Below are positions 25,241 through 37,483 of a DNA stretch of 64,000 nt, piece by piece; position 1 is the stretch's first letter; every line of letters begins with the position of its first letter. The position numbers were made by a program, and so were the translations under genes. This stretch comes from Octopus sinensis (taxonomy: Eukaryota), in NCBI RefSeq assembly GCF_006345805.1, contig NC_043020.1, positions 4,836,001-4,900,000 on the forward strand, written 5' to 3'. Below the pieces are notes generated by a model that made no database searches, was not told the origin of the DNA, and saw only the letters and a program-made list of their open reading frames with translations.

Positions 25241-25634
25241 GTAAAGAGAAAATTGGAAAGCGAAATGGTTTCATCTAAACCTCCGAGTAAACTAGTTGAT
25301 GATGAAATATCTCCATTTTACCTGAAGCAAATCAAAGCAGAAAATGAACTGAATACCTGTAACGAAAAAAACATTTATCTTAGGTTATATTCCAAGTGGA
25401 GAATGTAAGTTTAAAAATTCAGGAAAAGATTTCAATCTTTTGAAGATTGTTGCGAGGAAGAGGAGGGAAACAAGTTCTGAGATTGCCAAGAAGACAAAGG
25501 AAGCGTTGAATAGAAATAGCGTTTCTTGTAGGCGTGAAGTATATAAGACAACGGTGTGAATATGGCGGATCCGTACAAGTGAACGTGTGAGATTTTGTTT
25601 GATGAAGAGGATCAACTCGTTGTTTTTTCACCTG

Positions 25635-25942
25635 TAGATGTCGTCTTATCGTGAGTTCAGTTTCTCTGCGTGGTACCTTAACCGAGTGTCTTCTGCTATA
25701 GCCCACGGGCCGATCTAAGCCTTGTAAGAGGATCTTGTAGACGGAAACTAAAGTATAAGTATACATACACACAAACACACACACGTATAGGCAAAAGCAT
25801 TGTTGAGTGGTAAGTATTTTGCTTCTCAGTTACACAGTTTCGGGTTCAGTTACACTATGTGGGACAGTGACCCCTAACATAGCCACGGACCAACAAAAGC
25901 CTTGTCATTGGATTTGGTAGATGTAAACTGAAAGAAGTCCGT
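25635..25942. mobile_element. Two degraded SINE-A heads in divergent orientation
   Basis: Minus-strand head to ~25770 (GTGTCTTCTGCTATAGCCC...GACGGAAACT); plus-strand head GGGTTCAGTTACACT...AAACTGAAAGAAGTCCGT. Confidence 0.65.
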
Positions 25943-26250
<308 letters not shown>

Positions 26251-26364
26251 TATAAATAAGGATAAGATCGATATTTAAATACCGATCGTATCAGGTGGCC
26301 AGCATGGCAATAAAATTTTCAAAGGTAATAATTATTTAAAATTATAATTTAGGGTTTCTAAAAG

Positions 26365-26494
26365 ATACCACCACGCTGGAAATAGCAGCCAAAACTTGAC
26401 TCTAAAACCACATTAAATGTTCATACATTTAATGTATGAATATTTAATGTGGTTTTAGAGTCAAATTTGGCTGCTATTTCCAGCATGGTGGTAT
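26365..26494. repeat. Fold-back hairpin, ~65-bp arms, 1-nt loop
   Basis: ATACCACCACGCTGGAAATAGCAGCC...CATACATT-T-AATGTATG...GGCTGCTATTTCCAGCATGGTGGTAT, with 3-4 differences between arms. Confidence 0.92.
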
Positions 26495-26616
26495 GTCTAT
26501 ATGTATATATACGTTTGTATATGAATATGCGTACATGTGTGTATGTGTGTGTGTGTGTGTTTGTCTTTCACCATCGTTTGACAGCCAGTGTTGCCTTGTT
26601 GGTTTGTTTATGTCTG

Positions 26617-26652
<36 letters not shown>

Positions 26653-26915
26653 CGTGTGTGTGTATATATATATATATATGTAGGTATATATTATGTATAT
26701 AGTAACCAACCTCAAATTTATTACGGTATTTAAATACCACTTACTACAAACAGAGCTATCGCTCCAAAATCACCAATTACTAATTGAATAAACATGGTAA
26801 TAATACTTAATTTAAATATGTGTGTGTGCGTGTGTGTGTGAGTGTGTGTATACATATATATTCTCATTTATATATATATATATATGTATATATAAATGAC
26901 AATATATATATATGA

Positions 26916-26966
<51 letters not shown>

Positions 26967-28738
26967 CAATAATACATGTCTGCGATATATATATTATATA
27001 TATATATATATATATAACAAAGTGAGTTGTAAGGTACCGCACGAGTGGAAATATATACGAAAGAAGGTTTGAAAATGCAATTTTAAAATATTTTATTTAC
27101 TTTACCGGTTTCACTCTTTAGAAAAAGTTTGTCAAAAGTAACATGTAGGAGTTTGGTTGTGTTAATTAGTGGTTGTTACAAAATGCTACATTATATATAT
27201 ATACATTCTTTGGTAACAAGAACATGTTAAGAATATAAAAAACTTTAACAAGTTCCTTAAAATATTGGGCACAAAAGATTACAACATATATATATACATT
27301 CTCAAGAATATGTTAAAGATAGTTTCCAGAAGGAATTATAAAAAAGTTCAGTGGAATATTGGTATATACGCACAGAATATTATGAGTTCAAAAAAGCTTA
27401 CATTATAGTAGTAGGGAAGCTCAAACCGACCTGGTCCACCATGTTATCGTAAAATACTATTTACTATTTCAAGAGACACTGTAGGTGTGTTTGGGTGGTG
27501 GGGAGGAAGAGTAATGTGGAGCTGAAAAGAATTTCTTCTTACCCAGTCACACGAAGGTCTGCACAGAAATTTCGTCAGCCATATTCATTTACATAGCATT
27601 GTTGAGTCAGTACCTGCATTACAAGATACCTGCTCCAGTTGCCGCGCAAGGAGACCGAACGCAAAATCACATGGCAGCAGAACAACCTTCTTAACCACAC
27701 GCGTATGTATAATGGGTTCCCATGTACTGCAACAAACATATGCAAAATGTATGTGTGGATGCGTATATATATTAATGTGTGTATGTGTGTGTGTGTGTAT
27801 ACTTTTATAGACGATGTAATTAATCCTTCAAATATATCATCATTAATCCATTAATCTCTTATCTATCTGCGATAAATTGGCGTTCTTCTCTTTGATATTT
27901 CTCAAAATTTCGCCTTGCATAAATTCTATCGAGTAGAGCTATCAATTAACCTAACGTTGGTGGAACTACCGACTTGGCTGTTATTAATTAACATACTTTG
28001 TGTGTTACAACCAGATATACACAGACACACATACCACACTCACGCATACACAAGCACGCAAGCACATACAAACTCACGCAAACACATGCATATACGTACA
28101 CACATAAACACACGCGCAAACACGCGCTCACACAGACACACACACAGACACACATACTCGCACACAGACAAACATGAATATATATTTGTGTACACATTCG
28201 ATAATATATATATGTACTCATATTTATACTTATATATTAATATATATATATATATATACAACTATGTATATATGAATATATATATATATATGTAAATATA
28301 TATATATATATACATTAACATATATATGTGTGTGTGTGTATATATATATATATATGCATATATATATGTAAGCAGATATATATATGCTTATATATGTCTA
28401 TGTATGTGTATACATATATATATACACACATATATATACATATATACACATATATATACATATATACACATATATATACATATACAATATATATACATTT
28501 ATATATATATATATATATATAATATATATATATTATATACATATAAATACGTGTATATGTTCATGAATATACGATTACATGTACATTAAATTATAATTAT
28601 GGACCTCCTTTCGCAATGTATCACATAACTTCCACTCCTCCTGCCACTACAACTACCGCTACTACTGCCATAATAATAATGATTATTATTATTATAATAA
28701 TAATAATTATTATTATTATTACTATTATAATTATTATA

Positions 28739-28791
<53 letters not shown>

Positions 28792-28990
28792 TGTAATTAT
28801 TATCATTATTATTATTGTATAGTTATGATCCCCGTTCAACAAAATGTTTGATCCTTCACAACTCTGAGAACCGCCATGTTACACGTCTTGCTGTCAACGG
28901 TTTTACTTCTTGGAAGAGGAAAAATAATTAAATATTGCAATCGTTTGCCCTTGACGACGTTCGTTAACCTGAAGAGAGAGAGAGACAGAC

Positions 28991-29021
<31 letters not shown>

Positions 29022-29196
29022 TAGAGCGAGGTGGGCTGTTGTCGTTGTTGTTGTTGCTGTTGCTGATGTCGGTGGAGATAAGATGTTGCCATCTCTGGAA
29101 TGGAATAAATTCCAGAGTGTCCCATCTGCATGGATTTTAATGAGCAGATTTCTTAATGAAAATCGACATGAAATTCATTATAACATTTTATGCCTT

Positions 29197-29640
29197 AAAG
29201 GCGGCGCGTTCGGTAGAATTGTTAGCGCGTCGGATCGAACGTTTAGAGTTATTTCGTCCGGCTCTTTTACATTCGGTGTTGAAATCTCACCGAAGATAAA
29301 TTTGCCTTTTATTATTTTTTTCTGGATCAATAAATTAAAGTGAGAGTTAAGAACTGGGGTCGATGTAATCGTCTTTTCTGCTCCCATAAAACCGCTGGCC
29401 AAAATAACCCATATTTCATGCATTAAGTCACATGATCTAACGGTTGAGGAATTTGATTTGGAAATAATGGTCCTGGAGTATGAATTTGAATGTTTCTTTT
29501 TACCTCGTTTTTGGACAAACCTATTTCTTTACTACCCACAAGGGGCTAAACACAGAGGGGACAAACAAGGACAGACACACAGATTGAGTCGATTATATCG
29601 ACCCCAGTGCGTAACTGGTACTTATTTAATCGACCCCTGG
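29197..29640. mobile_element. Degraded SINE-B (+, 29197-29375) and SINE-B tail (-, 29508-29640)
   Basis: AAGGCGGCGCGTTCGGTAGAA head; CAAGGGGCTAAACACAGAGGGGACAAAC tail on the reverse strand. Confidence 0.7.
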
Positions 29641-29887
29641 TATACATGGGCGACTGCTGCTCTGCGGTAAACAACGATGCCTGGACCGGTGCATCGGAGA
29701 GTACTTCCTAGGTGCAATTCCATGGATATTCATGACTGAAGGAAGTCTTCACACTTTATAAGTGTTAGTATACTTATGCACACTGATTTACACATACATA
29801 TATACATACATATTTATATATATATATATACATACATACATACGTACATATATACATTACTATTATTATAATATACATATATATACT

Positions 29888-29947
<60 letters not shown>

Positions 29948-30062
29948 GAGCGATAGATAGGTAGATAAATAGATATATCTAGGTGTATATTGGTGTGTAG
30001 GTGTTTGTATGTATACATATGCTATATGAATACTCAGACCAGCATTCATATACATACATACC

Positions 30063-30148
<86 letters not shown>

Positions 30149-30659
30149 TATATATATATATATATATATGGGTACACATTGAAGCACATACTCAAGTCTA
30201 ACATCAAAGGATGGAATATACTTAATAGTTAAGAACAATAAAACTTCGAAACCAAGGCAACCGTTAATGGTCTCCAACGGAATAAAAAAAAAGCCAAATC
30301 ATAAATAAAAAAGAAAAGAGTGCAAAATACATTTAATTTATTCATACATCATTTTTAGCTAATATGTTTTATTATATTTTTATGATATGTTTTTATATTC
30401 TGGTTAATTCGGTGGATTAAGTGTGCTCACCGGTTTTGTGCCGCGACTTCGGTGTGTGAGTGTTCAGTGATGTGTGAAGTGTGAAGCGTTGGGAGAATGG
30501 TGGTTGTGAAATGAAGCGAAAGGTTGTAATCTGTGGGGAGGAAAGAGAAAAAAAAATTCTGTCGTGTTCTAGAAAAGGAAGAAATCAGCCAAGGACGAAA
30601 CGCTCGGTTTGGTAAAGTAAAAAATTGAGATTGAATAAGTAAATTGAAAGGACGAGGAT

Positions 30660-31031
30660 ATGGCGATGGCTGGAGAAGGACAACGTTGATAGTGATATTG
30701 ATGATGGCGAAGGTGATGGTACTGATGATGATGATGATGAGGATGATGATAATGGTGATGGTAGAGGTTGTGATGATGATTGTGGCGGTAGTGATGATGA
30801 AGACGATGATAATGATGAGGATGGTGACGTTGTTGTTAGTATTAGTGGTGGTGTTGATAGGGACAATGCAGATAGTGGTGGTGGTGGTGAAGGTAGCGGA
30901 GTGGTGGTGGTGAAGGTAGCGGAGTGGTGGTGGTGGTGATGATGATGATGATAATGATGATGGTGATGATGGTGATGATGATGATGATGATGATGGTGGT
31001 AGTAGTGATGATAATGATGATGGTGATGATG

Positions 31032-31087
<56 letters not shown>

Positions 31088-31463
31088 GATGAATGTGGCC
31101 GTGATGATGAAGAGGAAGATGAAAGTGAAGATGATGCTGATGACTTACGACGAGGAAGAATAAGAGGACGACGATGATGATGATGATTTTGAATATGACG
31201 TTGGTGATGAAGACGATGATGATGGTGAATGATTAGTGTGATGATGACGATGATGATAGCAGTGCTGCTGCTGCTGATGATGAAGCTGAAGTGGAAGTTG
31301 ATGCTGATGACGATGATGATGATGATGATGATAATGATGACGATGATACCTACAACAATAATGGGTGAAGCTGATGAAGATGGAGATGATAAAGATGATA
31401 ATGGTGATGATGATGATGATGACGATGTTGATGATGATGATGACGGCGAGGTCGATGACGATG

Positions 31464-31495
<32 letters not shown>

Positions 31496-31533
31496 GACGA
31501 TGATGATGATGATAATGTTGATGATGATGATGA

Positions 31534-31577
<44 letters not shown>

Positions 31578-31617
31578 GGTGATGATGATGATGATGACGA
31601 TGATGATGATGAAATGT

Positions 31618-31673
<56 letters not shown>

Positions 31674-31750
31674 TCGCCCTCCACGATACCCACCACCACA
31701 ACGATGACAAAGGTACGGAAAACGATGACGATGTTGATGACGACAACAAC
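30660..31750. repeat. ~1.1-kb (GAT)n/(GGT)n trinucleotide array
   Basis: Direct reading; yields the spurious poly-Ser/Asp/Met ORFs. Confidence 0.95.
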
Positions 31751-32394
31751 GGTGGCAGCGGTCAAGACGCTGACAAAGAGATCTTGGAGGATGTAGAAGT
31801 GCAAGAGAGTTCTTAATGATGGCGGCTGAAGAGATACCAACTTCGCCTTCCAGAAAGAACTTAAGAGTGATTTACATAGAGTCTATCGATCTGTTGATTG
31901 ATTGAGCCATGATCGATGGTGCAGTTCCTCACACTAAACTACGATAGTGTAGTTTCTCACGTATATTCTGACACGTAACACCGACACTCTTTCCTATTAT
32001 TTCGCAGTTTGGTTTTGCAGATATTGGAATCATTTCTTAGACAAAGAGGGAAGTATCGGGAACTGATATATTGCAAACGTAGAAGAATGGTTTGATTGCC
32101 ACTGCAGAAGGCTTTGAGGTAGTCGATAGAAACGCTAACAAGAGGGTCAAGCAACCTCCCTCAGAACATACTTATGTTTTATATACATATATATATATTC
32201 TATATATATATATTATATAATATATATATAATATATATATATTATATATATATAATATATAATATATATATATATATATTATATATATGTAACCGAGAGT
32301 AAACACATAAATGTGAAACAGGTGGAAAAAGATACTCAAATACCAGTGTAGAGTATATGCTTATTTAAAGCAACAGAAAATTCAACAAAACCTC

Positions 32395-32674
32395 TGTATA
32401 TATGTAAATATTTTTGTGATTATCATTGTGTGTATGGTGGCGGCTCTATGTTAGAAGATATTTCCCAACTGCATATTCGAGTTCAATCTCATTGCGTGAC
32501 GCAAGTAACACAGTAAAAGAGTAAAGAGTAATATAATATATATATATAATATATATATACTTCAACAAAACCTGTTACTCTGAGTTTCCAGTTGCCGTTA
32601 ATCGGGACAGTTTTTGTTAGAAAAACTTGTCGATGAACGGCAACGAGAAACTCAGAGTAACAGGTTTTGTTGAA

Positions 32675-32712
<38 letters not shown>

Positions 32713-32715
32713 ATA

Positions 32716-32746
<31 letters not shown>

Positions 32747-32888
32747 TATATTACTCTTAACTTTTACTCTGTTACTTGCGTCACGCAATGAGATTGAACT
32801 CGGAAATATGCAGTTGGGAAATAATCTTCTAACATAGAGCCCCACACATACACACAATGATAATCACAAAAATATTTACATATATACA
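32395..32888. repeat. Large inverted duplication (~200-250-bp arms, ~37-bp spacer) centred on a Penelope-like terminal repeat
   Basis: 32395-32599 is the reverse complement of ~32637-32888, e.g. GTTCAATCTCATTGCGTGACGCAAGTAAC versus GTTACTTGCGTCACGCAATGAGATTGAAC. Confidence 0.9.
32626..32664 (+). ncRNA. Type I hammerhead-ribozyme-like motif (degenerate)
   Basis: TTGT-CGATGA-ACG GCAA CGA-GAAA-CTC A GAG-TA-ACAG. The inverted partner at 32571-32610 supports the consensus CTGT CCGATGA ACG GCAA CGT GAAA CTCAGAG TA ACAG. Confidence 0.35.
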
Positions 32889-33787
32889 CATACACCGATT
32901 GAATATAAGAGTATATTGCACAGGATCTAGCGAGGATGAGCTGGAACTGAACGACAACACCACCAACACTAACACCACCACCACCACCAGCAACACCACC
33001 AGCGCCACCATCGGCAAATAGAACAACGACAATTACCACAATATCATATTTAAGATCCACTCGTTTTCCGAAATACCATCTCAAAATATATAAGCTAAAT
33101 ACAGTTGACGTTTGGACGGCCGTCTGTTGCTTGAAGGTAAGAACGCAATTTACAGTGTCTACGCGATCAGAAGTGACCCGTGGCTAAACAGAATCAACAA
33201 CAAGAACAACAACAACATCAGCAATAATAAGTGCCAATAATAGCATCAACAGCAGCAGCTGTAACAACAACAACAACAACGAGCAGAAGAACAATCTCAG
33301 AAATCGCCATGTTTGTCTATACGGTAAGTGAAATGTTGGAGATAGTATATATCTTAACGTTAGTCTTCCCGCTAAATGACGGTGCATATAATTACTACGT
33401 ACATATTTCTGTCTGTCTGTGTAGTCAGCATGGAGACGGAGGTATGTGTGCGTGTGCGGGGGATTTAACAAAATAAATCAAAATTCTAAATATTATAGAT
33501 TTCTTTTTTTGAAGTATGTGCGTACATATGTGTGATGTGTGTATACGTGTGTGTATATAAAATTATATATATGTATGTCTGTATGTCTGTATGTATGTAC
33601 GTATATATATATATATACATATTATATATATATTATATATATATTATATATTTATATACATATGTAAATACACACACACGCACTCACACACACACAATCA
33701 AACATTCAATAAAAGATGTACACAGGCCCATACACACTTTAGACACCTCTGTATATAAGCATATACACGCATTTGTATATAAATATG

Positions 33788-33818
<31 letters not shown>

Positions 33819-33859
33819 AAATATTTATATATATATGTATATATATATGTATACATGTA

Positions 33860-33892
<33 letters not shown>

Positions 33893-34108
33893 TTACATTT
33901 ATATGTATACATATGTGTATATATATGTATATTACCTAAGTACATACATTAAGTTACGTATTGAGGTCTATATATTATATGTATGTATGCATGAATGTAC
34001 GTATGCATGCATGTATGTATGTATGTAAGCGTGTATGTATAAGTCTAAATGGATATATGCGTGTGTGTATATGAGTACAACATGTGTGGTGTGTTTGTTT
34101 ATTCGTGT

Positions 34109-34208
34109 NNNNNNNNNNNNNNNNNNNNNNNNNNNNNNNNNNNNNNNNNNNNNNNNNNNNNNNNNNNNNNNNNNNNNNNNNNNNNNNNNNNNNNNNNNNN
34201 NNNNNNNN
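34109..34208. other. Assembly gap (100 N)
   Basis: Run of exactly 100 N, usually a placeholder of unknown size. Confidence 0.99.
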
Positions 34209-34263
34209 TGCATGTGTGTGTGAGTGAATGTGTGTGATTTCTCTGTGTCTAGGTGTGTGTGTG

Positions 34264-34500
34264 AAGGCGGCGAATTGGCAGAAACGTTAGCACGCCTGGC
34301 GAAATGCTTAGCAATATTTCGTCTGTCTTTACGTCCTGAGTTCAAATTCCACCACGTTCTGAGTTCAAATTTCGCTGAGGTCGACTTTGCCTTTCATCAT
34401 TTCGGGGTCGATAAATTAAGTACCAGTTGCATGCTGGGGTCGATCTAATCGACTAGCCCCTTCCCCCAAAGTTTCGGGCCTTGTGCCTAGAGCAGAAAGG
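34264..34500 (+). mobile_element. SINE family B (alternative tail)
   Basis: Head AAGGCGGCGAATTGGCAGAA, internal duplication of ACGTTCTGAGTTCAAATT, tail GTTTCGGGCCTTGTGCCTAGAG. Confidence 0.88.
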
Positions 34501-34839
34501 TGTGTGTGTTTGTAAGTGCGTGGATGTGTGCTTAGGTGTGTGTGTCTGTGTGTATGCCTAAGTGTTGGCATGTATGTGTGTTGTGCTTTGTGTGTGCCTA
34601 TGTATGTGTGTGTGTGTGCTACTTGTGTAGACTGTGTGTGTGTGTCTGAATCGGGGTCTCTCTCTACCTATCTATCTGTGTATCTACAAGTCTACGTACG
34701 TGTGTATATATATATACACACATATAGTGTATATATATATATATATATAATATATATATATATATACATATATACACATGTGTATATACATATATATATA
34801 CATATATATATATACATACATACAGACACATATATATAC

Positions 34840-34886
<47 letters not shown>

Positions 34887-34961
34887 TATGTATATGTATA
34901 TATACACACCACACATACATATGTATATATGTGAACATATAGTCTGTGTATCTTTTATCTG

Positions 34962-35120
34962 TATCTTTTTACTTGTTTCAGTCATTAGACTGCGGCCATA
35001 CTGGAGCACCACCTTCAAGAATTTTAGTGGGACGAACCAATCCCAGTACTTCTTATTGTTTTAAAGCTGATATCTGTTTTATCGGTTCCATTTCGCCGAA
35101 CCGCTACGTTACGGAGACAT
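34962..35120 (-). mobile_element. SINE family A 3' half
   Basis: TTTTACTTGTTTCAGTCATTAGACTGCGGCCATACTGGAGCACC. Confidence 0.8.
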
Positions 35121-35239
35121 AGACCTTGTCTCCGATGGCGGTGGACATTCCCAATGACCCATCACACGCACTCATAAACACACTCACGCATATATGCATG
35201 ATGTATATGCATACGTACATATATATAAATATATATATA

Positions 35240-36085
35240 AATCCTTAAATCCTTAAAAATGTTTTAGCCCGAAGGCCGCGGCCATGCTGGGGCACCACCG
35301 CTGAATGAGCTACACTAGTTTGTGAATCCACCTCTGATACGTGGCACTTGATCAACAAGGAGTTCGATGCTGCTGCCCGCATCCGTGTCTCCTGTCGTGA
35401 GGTAGGTTCATGGGACTCCCAACAAGAAGAGATCCAGTTTAGTTTTAAAGAAACCCACATCCACACCATGTAAGTCTCTCAGGCATTTAGGGAGGATGTT
35501 AAAGAGCTGTGGTCCTCTGAAACCAAGCTGTTGCAGTATCTGGACCTGTATTTTGATGGTGATGTTGGAATCCTTGGCACCACGCAGCGCGCCCCGTCTG
35601 CGGTTGGAGTAACTTTGAATGCCAAAGTTTGGGACAAGACCCTCCAGGATTTTCCAGATGTATATCACTGCATATCTCTCCCGCTCCGCTCCAGGGAGAA
35701 GAGGTTTAATACCTTCAGTCTTTCCCAGTAGCTGACATTTTGCATTGAGACGATTTTCTTTGTGTAGCTTCTCTGAGTTGCTTCGAGTTCTGCTGTTTGT
35801 TTTATATTGTGTGGTGACCAAAGTTGGAGCAGTAGTCCAAGCGGCTGAGGACGAATGTTTTCCATAGGACCATCAGTGTCTCCTTCTCTCTTGTTCTGAA
35901 AGTTCGGAGAATCTTCCAGCTAGCCGTCTGCATTTTATCACCAGATTAGCAATATGCATTTGGAAAGATGCATCATTGCTCATGTCAATGCCCAGGTCAC
36001 GCACTGATTTTGACTCAGGGATTGCAATTCTTCCTGGGCCAGTGTATCCAGTCTTCACGTCATTTACCTTTGTGTGCCAGTAGCG
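35240..36085 (-). mobile_element. CR1/L2-group LINE 3' fragment (same family as 1041 and 16025)
   Basis: Minus-strand peptides SYWERLKVLNLFSLER, ERYAVIYIWKILEGLVPNFGI and FRGPQLFNILPKCLRDL; (TTTAAGGA)n tail. Confidence 0.92.
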
Positions 36086-36257
36086 CACACACATGCATAA
36101 ATCCACACACAACACACACACCACACAACACATATGTAGTCGTCTAAAGATAGATGAGGAGCGAAAGAGAGAGAGAGACAGACAGTCGAGAACAAAACCG
36201 GGTTTTATTGTGAGAATTGTATCTTTCTACAGCTACGTAGCCTGAGACTGTATATAT

Positions 36258-36807
36258 ATAATAAGGGTAGAAATTGATGTTAATCAGTTAAAACCAGTGG
36301 CTTAGCATATTTAAAAAATCCGAAGATTAAAAATTGTGTTACATACAAAATTATTTTGAGGACTGATCTATATGCTAAGTGGACAGCCTATATGCTAAAC
36401 ATAGACGTTAAATCGCCGTTACAACGAAGAATGTGTTCTCAAGAAAAATCTCAGCAAATAACCAAAATGTAAAAATAAGCAAGACAAATCAAAACATACG
36501 AAATATAAAACGATTACCCATGTACCATTGCAAGATCGTCAGTGTAGTCTGTCGTTTACAAAACATAATTTCCAGTACTAGACACAGAACGCTCAACCGA
36601 TATCCTGTATGTATAAAGTTCTACAAATTATATTTAGGTGTATCTTGCAAATGCCTTCATTTGGACACATTCTTCGTGGTAATGACGATTTGACGTCTAT
36701 GTTTAGGGGTCATTCCTCTTAATTTTGTATGTAACACAATTTTTAATCTTTTAAATATGCTAAGCTACTGGTTTTAATTGATTAATATCAATTTCTACCC
36801 TTATTAT
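36258..36807. mobile_element. MITE/foldback-type element with ~150-185-bp terminal inverted repeats
   Basis: ATAATAAGGGTAGAAATTGATGTTAATC... (36258-36445) is an inverted match to ...GATTAATATCAATTTCTACCCTTATTAT (36663-36807). No ORF. Confidence 0.8.
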
Positions 36808-36854
36808 TTAATTTTAAATTTAAAAAAATGTTCTCTAATGGTAAATTGGCTGCT

Positions 36855-37110
36855 GGAATTTATTCCGATCTCAGCGCGCCAAGGTGAAGGCATTTGAACG
36901 AAGAATTCCGAATTAAAAGAGTGGAAGCAAAATTTGTGCCTCGCTTGCTCAAGGCAGATCAAAAGCAGTCACGGCTGAATGCGTGTCGCGAACTGAAAGA
37001 ACAGTTGGAAGTTGATCTGGACGTTTTTCCGAAGGTCATCACTGGTGAGGAACGCTGGTGCTAAGGAATTTGCAGATTTGGAAGAAGTGAAGAAGAAAGA
37101 TGACGGAGGA
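36855..37110 (+). mobile_element. Mariner transposase fragment
   Basis: Peptide KRVEAKFVPRLLKADQKQSRLNACRELKEQLEVDLDVFPKVITGEERWC matches the mariner WVPR/ITGDETW region, fused to a distal fragment FADLEEVKKK. Confidence 0.85.
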
Positions 37111-37111
37111 G

Positions 37112-37410
37112 GCGCAGGAGTGGCTGTTTGGTAAGTAACTTGTTTACCAACCACATGGTTCAGGGTTCAGTCCCACTGCGTGGCACCTTGGGCAAGTGTC
37201 TTCTACTATAGCCTCGGGTCGCCCAAAGCCTTGTGAGTGGATTTGGTAGACGGAAACTGAAAGAACTGAACTGAGCGGTTCAGCAAAAGAGACCGATAGA
37301 ATAAGTACTAGGCTTACAAAGAATAAGTCCTGGTGTCGATTTCTTCGACTAAAAGGTGGTGCTCCAGCATGGCCATTGTCAAATGACTGAAACAAGTGAA
37401 AGAATAAAAG
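37112..37410 (+). mobile_element. SINE family A with deleted middle
   Basis: The head is joined directly to GCGGTTCAGCAAAAGAGACCG and the tail. Confidence 0.88.
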
Positions 37411-37427
37411 AATTTATATATGTATAT

Positions 37428-37479
<52 letters not shown>

Positions 37480-37483
37480 TATA

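Noticed and set aside
30427-31840. Longest ORFs in the track (440 aa, 231 aa; poly-Ser/His/Ile/Asp)
   Set aside because: Translations of a (GAT)n/(GGT)n array, which lacks stops in most frames. No domain or splice support.
33104-33136. Peptide VDVWTAVCCL reminiscent of the Cys-loop chloride channel TM3 (IDVWTGVC)
   Set aside because: Too short, the flanks do not match, the acceptor is weak, and no other receptor exons were found.
33968-34345. ORFs spanning the N run
   Set aside because: Artefacts of the assembly gap.
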